Origin: Paramoeba atlantica
Taxonomy: Eukaryota > Protista > Discosea
Reading direction: 5' to 3'
Length of the DNA: 64,000 bases
Assembly (NCBI GenBank): GCA_977017575.1
Contig: CDRNVI010000003.1
Location: forward strand, 434,001 to 498,000
Part shown: one piece after another, positions 1 to 9,600 of the stretch
Layout of the letters: the number at the start of each line of letters is the position of its first letter
How positions within the stretch are numbered: position 1 is the stretch's first letter
Translations under genes and position numbers: made by a program
The notes under the pieces: generated by a model
Databases searched by the model: none
What the model saw: only the letters and a program-made list of their open reading frames with translations
What the model was told of the DNA's origin: nothing

Positions 1-779
1 TATTCAAGAGCTGGGGGCATAGTAATCTCATGAAAAGATTTGCGCTTGGCGCCAGGCATGGGAGCTTTCTTTCCATCCTTTCGCTTTTGTGCTGCATATT
101 TTATCTGTCCACTTGAAAGGGAAAATATAGGAATTTGTAATTCGTTCAAAATCGACTCTGCGTGCATACAACACACTACTTCTGCATCCTTTTCAGATTC
201 CGCAATGCCACATGCAGTAACGTTGTAGCTCTCAATGGGAAGCTTCAAGTGTACTTCACATTTTTCTGATTGACTCTTTGCATCCACATTTTGAAAAAGC
301 TTGTCCTTTTCCATTGCCGGGTGGTGCCGCGATATGTACGCTACTATTCGGGAACGTGCCATGTTATCAATCCGAAAAACATTTTCAACCTTTTGAGAAT
401 TCATGTTACTTGTTTCTGCAGTAAAGGTTTTCTCAATTACTCTGTTTTCGATGACTACATCTTTGATCACAGTATTCTTAATAGATTCAGATGTATTCTT
501 AGTAGAATCAAATGTAATCGTCGTGGGATTCAAATGCTTTGTAGTCACAGACAAACGTGGAACCGCAGCACGGATGCGAGATGTCTGAACCAGTCGACCA
601 CTGTCTTGGAATGCGCATGTAGTCGCACGTATGGAGTTGTGCCGTCTACCAAATTGATATACGAAGCGATTTAAATAAACCTTGTGATGGATTACTATGC
701 TTCGATGTTTCCTCAACCTTAAAGAGCCACCGGGACATAACATTCGCGGCATAAAGCTTTCGTTAGGTAAAAAACTCAT
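1..779 (-). CDS. 3'-incomplete protein with a dsRBD-like segment (kinetoplastid REH2-like RNA helicase N-terminus?)
   Basis: Manual translation: open frame from ATG at 779 to the window edge (MSFLPNESFMPRMLCPGGSLRLRKH...CEVHLKLPIESYNVTACGIAESEKDAEVVCCMHAESILNELQIPIF...). Not in the ORF track because it has no stop. The G-x-A-x3-K-x-AE helix resembles a dsRBD; the identity is recalled, not searched. Confidence 0.6.
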   Translation of the reverse strand, partial: MSFLPNESFMPRMLCPGGSLRLRKHRSIVIHHKVYLNRFVYQFGRRHNSIRATTCAFQDSGRLVQTSRIRAAVPRLSVTTKHLNPTTITFDSTKNTSESIKNTVIKDVVIENRVIEKTFTAETSNMNSQKVENVFRIDNMARSRIVAYISRHHPAMEKDKLFQNVDAKSQSEKCEVHLKLPIESYNVTACGIAESEKDAEVVCCMHAESILNELQIPIFSLSSGQIKYAAQKRKDGKKAPMPGAKRKSFHEITMPPALE

Positions 780-1237
780 AGAGGTATGAATACCTCAAGA
801 TAACGAACTATAGTTAAGCATGAAGGTGTAAGACTGCTCAACAGTATTTTCTTGCATACGCGTGAAGAATTTTATGCACTTACGTAGTAAATGTCTAAAA
901 AAAAGCAGTCCTATGATAAGCAGTGCGGCTTCGTGTATAGCTATACTGGTAACTGTGTATGTATGCTAGTAACTATTGTGTATATAACGCCCTCCATACT
1001 CTCGAATATTGAGAATAAAGTGGTCGAAAAAATGGAAAAGAACAAGAATACACTGATAATCTGTTGTAGGAACTCCTAAATGAACCACAAAGTATTTGCG
1101 AGATCGGGGATCCAAGAGTGCGTAGGAGGCATAAAGGATATTTCTTTTCGAAAAACGTTTTCCGAATCGAGCCCTAGGAAGGGTATTCTATTTTTAACGC
1201 CAGATAGCGATTGTACGCTATGAAGACTTTATGATAA

Positions 1238-2134
1238 CTAGATAGTTACATCTTCATCGCTGCGTATATTACTTTCGTCTTCACCTCTGCATACCACTAA
1301 GCGTTTCCTTCGCGTTTCTGTGCGTTTGTGCTGGTTTATTTTCTGCCGATGCAGCCTCGAATGTTGTGCAAAAAGAGTACCATTACTTTTTAAAAGGCTA
1401 AGAGTAGCTACTGATTCGTTCGCGTCGTGTGAATCAGTGTGTATTGCAGTACAACCCACTCGCCTCTTCTTTTGCCCGCTGACAAGAAAAGCATACCGGC
1501 TTTGACGTTTTTTTGAACGCATCATTGTCATGGTACGTGGTTTCCCTAGCGTGAATACAACGCTCGAATCGGATGTATGCAACAATGAGTGGGGCTCGGA
1601 ACTAGAATCAATGCTTGGAATCAGCTTGCTGAAATGTACGTTTTTGCGAGGAATCCGACGAGCTTGTTGTTGGGACTTATCCCAGGAGCGCAGCCACCGC
1701 ATACCGCTCCTGGACGAAACATCAGGAATGTCCAATCCTTCCTCTGTGTAGGCATTCTCCAACTGCATTCGGTAGTTTTCCAGGTGTCGTGCAGTGCCTT
1801 TTTTTTGCGAACGCAGAGACAGAATGATGGCGTCGAATCGCGTAACAAAAGCTCGACAGGCGGCTTCGACTTGATCAACCGACAGGAACAGCACGGAGGA
1901 GTGATTGTTTTCAACATAATTCGCGAACCATTCAACGGTGTCATACCATTCCTTCTCTCTACCCTTCTGAATTACTTTGGCGTCGCTCTGCTTCTCTCGA
2001 TGGGCGATCTCACGAGAGAGTTGTCGCGCACGACGGCTGTCGGGATGAATTGCTGACTTGGGTTGCTTCCCGCGGTTGCGGGATTTCCCAGTCAGCGCGT
2101 GAAGACTTGATTGCAGAGTTTGATTAGTTACCAT
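1238..2134 (-). CDS. TMA16: Translation machinery-associated protein 16
   Basis: N-terminal IHPDSRRARQLSRE motif, then a helical domain ending GLDIPDV; basic C-terminal extension. Confidence 0.7.
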   Translation of the reverse strand: MVTNQTLQSSLHALTGKSRNRGKQPKSAIHPDSRRARQLSREIAHREKQSDAKVIQKGREKEWYDTVEWFANYVENNHSSVLFLSVDQVEAACRAFVTRFDAIILSLRSQKKGTARHLENYRMQLENAYTEEGLDIPDVSSRSGMRWLRSWDKSQQQARRIPRKNVHFSKLIPSIDSSSEPHSLLHTSDSSVVFTLGKPRTMTMMRSKKRQSRYAFLVSGQKKRRVGCTAIHTDSHDANESVATLSLLKSNGTLFAQHSRLHRQKINQHKRTETRRKRLVVCRGEDESNIRSDEDVTI

Positions 2135-2492
2135 GGGTGACGTTTATGGTGGTGTATGAAAAAGTCATGAATATTTCATATTCTCTAACATTAGATGTAT
2201 GAAGGGCAACTGTTCCGTAAATAGTTTATAGAAAAAAAGTTTATAGAGATTGTGCAATCAAAATGTTGGCGTATAGTATTCTACATTAAATCTGTGCGAC
2301 TATTTCACATGAATGAGCAAACTTGATAAATCACACTACGGGTGAACTCATATAGAGTTGTATGTACAACGCGAGAAAACTCTGAATGGCCAGCATGCTT
2401 ATTGTTGAGTACGCTCCGTTAAGCAATTCTTACAAATCATGTCCGCGCGAGTTCGTACGTGTACCAAAACTATCCTCATCGGACTACACACC

Positions 2493-3359
2493 TCACCCAT
2501 TCCCCTCAATTTTGCGTACCATATCTGAAAGACTATTTTTTCCCAAAGAAAACAGAAAGTCAGACAGCGTACTAAAGGATAAACATTTTGGGCGCTGTGC
2601 ATTCATCCCCAAAAGTCGTCGCTCTGCCCCGGCAGTGCGTATGTTCATCGCAGGCCGCAGGCGATCCTCCCGAGTCCGGTGCACCCCGTCCGATACCAAA
2701 TCCATCCCATGCTGCACAAAAAGCGGACCCAGCACACGTGTATCGCGGAGATCCGCAATATGAATCCGAACTCTTTTACGATTCGTCTCCGGGAGGGCCA
2801 AATGCTCTGTAGGAATACGCAGCGAATGAGCGTCGTGGGGCAAAAAAGTATTGTTCTCCACACAACGCGTAATGTACTCCTCATCACAGAGCTGCACCCC
2901 ACGCAGAGCCAATGCCAGGGCTCGGGTGGTAAAAATTTTCCACCCTTTTGGCACACAGCAGTGCGTGATGTGTTTAAGCGAGGTGTTGATGTCCTCTCTT
3001 GCGAGTGTGGGGATCACCTCCCCGCCAAGATCAATAATGTAGTCCTCGATGCGGGCTCGCGCCCCTCCGTGAGTAAAACCTTGGACGACGTATCGCGGAC
3101 GCTGGCGTAAGGCAAGGAGTTGATCTTGGGTCTCGGCGTGGGCTAAGCGCTCGCTCTCCAGCCGCTCGATCGTGTGCAAGAGCTCATTGTGGAGCTCCAG
3201 GGCGTATTTTTTGAGTTCCAGAGGAGTAAGGGTGGGGGCAGCGGTGACCCGTGCCAATGTCGCGCGTGCACCCCCATAAGTCGGTCGAAAGGTATTGTCC
3301 TCCAAGCAAATAGAAGCGAGTAAGTTAGATTGATCGAAATCCATGGGGAGAGTAGCCAA
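2493..3359 (-). CDS. Coiled-coil + BRCT-domain protein
   Basis: YVVQGF..ARARIEDYIIDLGGEV...ITHCCV...ALALRGVQLCDEEYITRCVENNTFLP follows the BRCT pattern. Confidence 0.6.
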   Translation of the reverse strand: MATLPMDFDQSNLLASICLEDNTFRPTYGGARATLARVTAAPTLTPLELKKYALELHNELLHTIERLESERLAHAETQDQLLALRQRPRYVVQGFTHGGARARIEDYIIDLGGEVIPTLAREDINTSLKHITHCCVPKGWKIFTTRALALALRGVQLCDEEYITRCVENNTFLPHDAHSLRIPTEHLALPETNRKRVRIHIADLRDTRVLGPLFVQHGMDLVSDGVHRTREDRLRPAMNIRTAGAERRLLGMNAQRPKCLSFSTLSDFLFSLGKNSLSDMVRKIEGNG

Positions 3360-3524
3360 AATTAGAGATACGAGTCGAGCAAAAACAATTTATTCATGCC
3401 TCTCATCACGATACGCTCGGCAAGGTAAATAAAGATACGAATAAAAGCAGGTAAACATCTTTCATACATAGTAAACACACTATGCATAACACTCAACCCT
3501 TGTATCAATCATCCATTCATGACA

Positions 3525-5003
3525 CTATTTCACTCTCCTGTACTTCGCCGCCTTGCGTTCTCGTGCCTCCTGCTGCCTCTGTTCGCGTAGTTTGTAGACT
3601 CCGAACTCCTCATTACGTTTAATTTTAAGCTTGTGCTGCTCCTTCTTATGCTTTCTGCGAGCTTGGAGATATTTGTGGTAGTCATAAATTTCCGTTTTCG
3701 GGGGCGCAATGGTTTGTTTCACTTGTCTGGCGTCGTCAATGTCCGTTTGAGTAATTTGGCTGGTGCTTTTTGCTTCATCCTTTAAATAGGCCAGTAAGGG
3801 AGGTGACACCAGTTGACACTCCTCTGTAGGTCGCACCGCAATTTGATCCGGATCCTCCGGAGTAGCCACAAACGTAGGAAACGCGGGATATCCCCGATTC
3901 AACGACCACATCGTCTTACCTCGCGTATACGTCCCATCCACAATCGTCAGATACGCCCCCACATCACACGGCAACCGTCCCACAAAGTAAATCAAAGAAT
4001 TCTTATAATCAATCCGGTAAATCGGCTTATTATAAAAAAACCGCCGATCCCCTCCCTTATGCCCCGGCATCGCGGTCCCCGGCAACACCCTCCGCGCGCC
4101 CTGGGACCCAATCGACCCTGGCCGTCGATGCCACAAACTATCCCCCACCCAGGCCATACTCCCGTCATGACCAAACCGCCCCACGACCCCACGAAACCCA
4201 TGGTCATAGGTCATCATCGACAGCGTACACTCCTGGCCGACTTTAAAATGCCGCACATCGAGCTTCGTCCCGACCGGCACAAACCCATCCGGGGTGATCC
4301 GGAACTCCTTCGAGACGTGCTTCACCGGGACCCCCGCGGCCTTGAACCCCCGCCCCACCTTCGGGGGGTGGAACTCCGGGGGGACGTTCATCGCGCCCAC
4401 CCGCACCGCGTCGTACCCGTGGGCCTCCCGGGTCTTGTGCTCCACGACCTGGTTGTCCGGGACCCACACCATGGAGAGGATCATCGCGTTCCCGTAGGCA
4501 TCAAACTCGCGAATGTATTTCACCCGACAGCCCAGGAGACCGAGACGAACGCTGTAGAACTGGTTGAACTCACCAAAGGGAGGGGGGAGGCGCCAGGAGG
4601 AGGATTCGGGCGAGTCCTTCGCTTTATTCTCCCCCGGTTTCGCCCCCATGGGGAGTGCCTTTGTGGCGTGGGTGTGGGTGTCCTCGGGGGTACTCCAGTG
4701 CCAGGTGTCTTGGTAGAGCTCGGGGAATTTTTCACGGATCCGGAGAAAGGCGTCGTAGCGGTCCTCACGGATGGCGTCATAGACGGTTTGGAGTTGCTCG
4801 GGTTGCCAGGTGCGGGGGTTGGGGTTGATTTTGGGGTACAGGCTGAGTTTGTCCCCGTGGTCGAAGAGGTAGGGGTAGTAGCTGTGGTACATGTCACGCC
4901 ATTTTTCGTCCGTGCGGGCGGGGTAGCATTTCCACCAGTTGGTGAATTGGCGCAGGTCGGTCATGCCGACTTGCTTGAAATGGCTTACCCGGGTGCAACG
5001 CAT
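3525..5003 (-). CDS. MRPL3: Mitochondrial ribosomal protein uL3m, long kinetoplastid-type form (start may be ATG at 4964)
   Basis: L3 motifs GYDAVRVG, GFRGVVGRFG, HRRPGSIG, RVLPGTAMPGHKG, NSLIYFVG; long N- and C-terminal extensions. Confidence 0.9.
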   Translation of the reverse strand: MRCTRVSHFKQVGMTDLRQFTNWWKCYPARTDEKWRDMYHSYYPYLFDHGDKLSLYPKINPNPRTWQPEQLQTVYDAIREDRYDAFLRIREKFPELYQDTWHWSTPEDTHTHATKALPMGAKPGENKAKDSPESSSWRLPPPFGEFNQFYSVRLGLLGCRVKYIREFDAYGNAMILSMVWVPDNQVVEHKTREAHGYDAVRVGAMNVPPEFHPPKVGRGFKAAGVPVKHVSKEFRITPDGFVPVGTKLDVRHFKVGQECTLSMMTYDHGFRGVVGRFGHDGSMAWVGDSLWHRRPGSIGSQGARRVLPGTAMPGHKGGDRRFFYNKPIYRIDYKNSLIYFVGRLPCDVGAYLTIVDGTYTRGKTMWSLNRGYPAFPTFVATPEDPDQIAVRPTEECQLVSPPLLAYLKDEAKSTSQITQTDIDDARQVKQTIAPPKTEIYDYHKYLQARRKHKKEQHKLKIKRNEEFGVYKLREQRQQEARERKAAKYRRVK

Positions 5004-5149
5004 AGGGAGCTGAAGAAGAGGAAAAGGAAAATCCTAGAGGGAGTAATATAGATTAAATCCAAAGATCATGACACTTATAAATTCCTCTTTCTTACGCCCC
5101 GTTTTAGTTGCCTGAAACAGCAGTGTTTTTTATACAGGACGGATTCTTT

Positions 5150-6289
5150 TTAGCATTTGTCTAGAAAAGTCAAATTCAAAAGGATTTGACATCGGCTGTG
5201 ATCCATATCCTGTTGCCTAAACTGAAATTCCCTCCTTTCGCTCGTTTGGCATAGGGCGCAAGCAAAACGGCAGGTGAACACCCCACAGTCATAAGCGTTG
5301 TTTTGTTGCGGTACCAAAATAACTGTGTTGTGAATGCGATCTATTCCCAATTTGGGAAAGAGTACTGCACAACAATCAGCGAGAGCCTTCGCGGAAGGAG
5401 AAATCGAAGGATCGTAGTGCAGAACCTCGTTCCATTTGTTTCGATGACTCGACATGTATGAGTCATAGTACTCCACACATCGCTCAGAAAAATTGATTAC
5501 GCCGAGGGACCAGTGATTCCCGCGAACGTTTATAGGAATAAGTATCTTTTCCTCATCGCCTTTCAGATGTAGTTTCGTAATCCATCGCCTCACCCCCTCC
5601 GCTCCGGTCTTTTGCATTAGTTTCGTAAGAAAAAACGACCCGAGGAAACGTACACGGCCTGCCGTAGAGTGACAGCACGCCGCAACAAATGCATTAATAA
5701 TTTGATCATTAAGCCATTCCCGTGGATGCAAGGTACACAAATCGTGTGGCGAAAGACGATATGTGGAAAGATGAATCATTTTTCCTATATTGTCCCTAGA
5801 AGAACGTACTTGTGTATATTCTCCAAGAATTTGTAAATCGTCTGTGTCAAACTGAAAATGGGGAACGTCCAAAAAGGTTGGAACGCTAACATGAAGTCTG
5901 TTTTTTTGCATGACTAAATACCGCAGAAAGCCCTTTGCCCCAGCGGTAGAAATCCCATCTCGTTGCAGTCGTCGCTGGAGCAATTTTCGTAACACCTTCT
6001 GCAGTGTGGATTCAACTACGTTGTTCCAAAGAGATGTGACATCGTGTACGGTTTCGCGGATAATCTTTCGTAATGAACTGTTGATCATTGTTTTCGTGCT
6101 CGCCTTGACAGATGACATAAAACTCTGCTGTTCGAATAGGAAGGTATCCCTGGTTGAATTGCTCACCGAAAAGGTTGTGTTATGGTTCTCCATTCCACGT
6201 GGAAAACTGTGCCTGGACCAAAAGTCATGCCTTTGGTTTTGCGCAAAAGAGGGATGAGATTTGCCGCGCTCATAACACACCGTATTCAT
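5150..6289 (-). CDS. Ulp1/SENP-family SUMO protease (peptidase C48)
   Basis: WLNDQIIN, NHWSL (catalytic His), YYDS (Asp), QQNNAYDCGVF (Gln/Cys). Confidence 0.9.
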   Translation of the reverse strand: MNTVCYERGKSHPSFAQNQRHDFWSRHSFPRGMENHNTTFSVSNSTRDTFLFEQQSFMSSVKASTKTMINSSLRKIIRETVHDVTSLWNNVVESTLQKVLRKLLQRRLQRDGISTAGAKGFLRYLVMQKNRLHVSVPTFLDVPHFQFDTDDLQILGEYTQVRSSRDNIGKMIHLSTYRLSPHDLCTLHPREWLNDQIINAFVAACCHSTAGRVRFLGSFFLTKLMQKTGAEGVRRWITKLHLKGDEEKILIPINVRGNHWSLGVINFSERCVEYYDSYMSSHRNKWNEVLHYDPSISPSAKALADCCAVLFPKLGIDRIHNTVILVPQQNNAYDCGVFTCRFACALCQTSERREFQFRQQDMDHSRCQILLNLTFLDKC

Positions 6290-6673
6290 ACTTCAAATTA
6301 AAAGTAGGTAAATATTATTTACTAAATATGATGATTTCTCTTATGCGTGTCGCAACGTTTATTGGAAAGTCATTATGAATTGGTTATTACGCCAATGGCT
6401 CTTAGAATTTTACCCAACAGTCAAATAAAAGTTCTCTAACCAAGATAGTAAAAAACAAAATAAGTGCAAGACTAATAAAAGTTTTCTTATAAAACCAAAG
6501 AAAGTTAGAATATGTAAATACAAAAGAATAAGAAAGTAAGAAACCTAACCAGTTTTACTACAGTAAAACAAAGTTTTACTTGGTGCTTCAATAAATGTTA
6601 AAGAAGATATACACGTACATACGCGTTGTCTACTTTTTATGCGGTGGCAAGCTTTGAAAAAAAATTGGAAAAG

Positions 6674-9600
6674 CTAGGACAAGGTATCTAAGAAGGAAAT
6701 GAACGGCTCTAGGCAAGGGTTTTCTATTGAATATATCTTTGGGTAAGTATCTTCTTGTTCAGATAAGTTAGCCCTTTCAGAAGATAACGATCTTTTCGGT
6801 CGAATCGGTGAAGGAGAACCAGAAAATAATGTTTCCTGTTTTGCTCCAACGGACTCGTTTTCAACAATTTCGATCACCGATGAGTCACTCGACGGCATCC
6901 CAGGGTAGTTATTGAATTGATTGCTATCCCATTGAGCAAAACGCCTGTTTTCGTTTGAACGGACATCACTATTCTGTTCTTGATAATTCAGCATATCGGA
7001 GGGATTATAGCTTCTGTATATGTGAGTGGGATGATGCATTCGTGTAAAAGGCGAAGACTGACCGTAGGAATGTGAAACCTCATTAAGCTGTGGTTCATGT
7101 ACAACGGAATTGCTTGCTATAGTTGGAAGAGGAGAGTACGACCACTGCTGAAAGGGATTCATTGTATTTCTCGCTTGCTGTGAAAACGGATATCTTTCCA
7201 AATTAGTAGCACCATGAGCAGAAGTTTGACCGCCTTGCGACTTAGACTGCGTACCCCCCCGCGGTCGCTTTCGTGAGCTTGGTGGCGGTAGACTATTATA
7301 CAAATGAGAGATACATTTTTCAGATGAGTTTTTTCGGCGAACATCAGGGTATGCAGCACCTAGACGATAATATTTCTTGTCTTCTTGACCAGTACACGCT
7401 GGTGTCAAGCACTCTACAGGTTCAGCCGTGTAGTGGCGGTTCTGACCTACAAAACATGGAGGCTCAATTGGACGGTTTTTTACGTCAGACAATCCCGCAA
7501 GTGAAATAGAATTAGTTGGATCAGATTGATGCGGCATTGGCGTCCGCTCCGACATGTAAATCGGTTCTGCGCAGTTGTCTATCGGGTAAGAATAGGTCTG
7601 TGCTGGTGAACAAAATTTTAATCTATTTGGATCTACACCGAATGACTTTTCGGGTCGAGATGTCATAGTAATTCTCCTTTCCTCGTCGCGAAGTAAATCT
7701 CTGCCTCTTATACTTGTTCCAAAAACCGAGGCTTCCGAAAGATTACGTATAGGATCACTTTGGACCGGATCAGAACTTCGCTGTTCATTAGCATAAATAG
7801 TTGAGCTAGGAGTTACTGTCACATTTTCCTCCAATGAGAATTTGTCGTCACCTTCTACCACCTGGAAATGGCGCCCTTGAGACGATATTGAGACGGCGTT
7901 CCTTCTGTTATATGCAGAATCCAAATCTCTTACTTCTAGGATTGCAGAATTGCTTGCAAATGAATTCCGATCGTTTTGACACAACCGATTGAGAGGATTG
8001 TGCTCCTCCTTTTCCAAACGGCTTTGTTCTATCATACTAGACTTATTGCGTCCGCTCGGTATGGTTATACCCGTTTTGTCATCGTTTTCACATGCAGTAT
8101 TAGGACTCGCTTTTTTCATAGTTGAAGGCGCCGATTCTCTTTTCAATGGAGTAGAGTGATTGCTCATATTTTCTTTTGCTTGCGGAACGGAGCAGTTGGC
8201 AGGTGGAATTTTTTCCTTGATCGGGACCGTATCAGCTAAGACTTCAATTGAGTTGCTCACCTTTTTGTTGCACCGCGTCTCATGGTCTTTGGAGCATTCG
8301 CTGCCTAAGGTACCATCCTGCTCGGACACAGAAGTTGCGTTAGTCTGCTTTAATGAACTATCTAACTCTAATGTGATTTTACTAAAACGATCGTATCCTA
8401 AATAGTCCTCACAAACTAGCGTAGCATAAATTTCCCAAGGTGTGTCCCTTAGGTGTGGAACATTTACTTCCCATAATAAAACGCCTTCGGGTACGCAGTC
8501 TGGATCCAGAGTCCCTTCATGATGTTTGTCCCATATGTTTACCCATGAATGTGGAGGCCATGTACCCATGCTTCGAAAACGACGATACAACAAAAGTTTA
8601 CCGTTACTATCTCCGACAAGAAAGCTGTACCACAAGGTTTCCGAAGATTCTAGCAAGCAACTTCGGTTTTGTTCATTTCCTCCGTGGTGATCGCCCTCTA
8701 ATTCTGAAGTTGATTGAGAAACATGCACTGGACTGCAACGCCCGACATAAAATTTTACTTCTCTACTTATTTCAGGACAATCAATTCGAGTTTGATGTGC
8801 AAAAAAGTTTAGGAAAGGAAATGAAGAAATTCTTCTTTGTAGGTTACTCCCGAATGGAGGCTTTTTGTTAGTACAGTGCTCGATAGTTCGCGGATTAGCT
8901 TGCAAGAGGTCAGCAAAATTGTTAATGGAATACTGCGCAAGTAATTTAGCTGTTGCTGGGCCGATGCCCGCGAGCTCGCGGGTCAGAAATGGGGAGGTTT
9001 CCCACATGGAACGCTCGACACAGCGCAGCAACGACCAGGAGGCGCGTGTCGCACCGAACCATTTCTTTTCAAGAGAGTATTCTTGAATAAACTTACATAC
9101 TCGAGGAAGTACTGTCCACATGCGCCCGAGCTCATTTTTCAAGGACCACGCAGACAAATTTTCAAGATTTTCGTCAGCTAAGCGCAATTGTATTAAAATA
9201 AATATCTTTTGCCAATCCTCCCGAATATTTCTTCCTCGGGCCTGCCCAGGAATGGGAAAGCGTATAGTCTTGTTTTGTGGATTTAAGTGCTGTTTATCAC
9301 CTTGATGGATGTGATATTCATGCATTTCCTCTGTTTTGCTGATGCATTGAAGTACTTCCTTAATGTCACTTGTAGGACCCATGTTGTCACGTACAACACG
9401 TAGAGTTTGAAGGAGTATGTAATACTTGGCAACTAGCTTTCCTATTCGAGACGGTCGTAGGGTACCTGTTTCCACGTGAATGTAGACACATTCCAGGCTC
9501 CTTAATTTTTGTAACTGGTCCTCCAAGATATCTGTAATAAATTGGTCGACAGCGCAGTGCCTCTCTACGCCGTAAAATGTTGGATTTTTGTTCACCCTGA

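Noticed and set aside
270-674. 134-aa plus-strand ORF
   Set aside because: Antisense to the longer open minus-strand frame 1-779.
3813-5051. 412-aa plus-strand ORF
   Set aside because: Antisense shadow of uL3m in a GC-rich island; biased His/Arg/Pro composition and no motifs.
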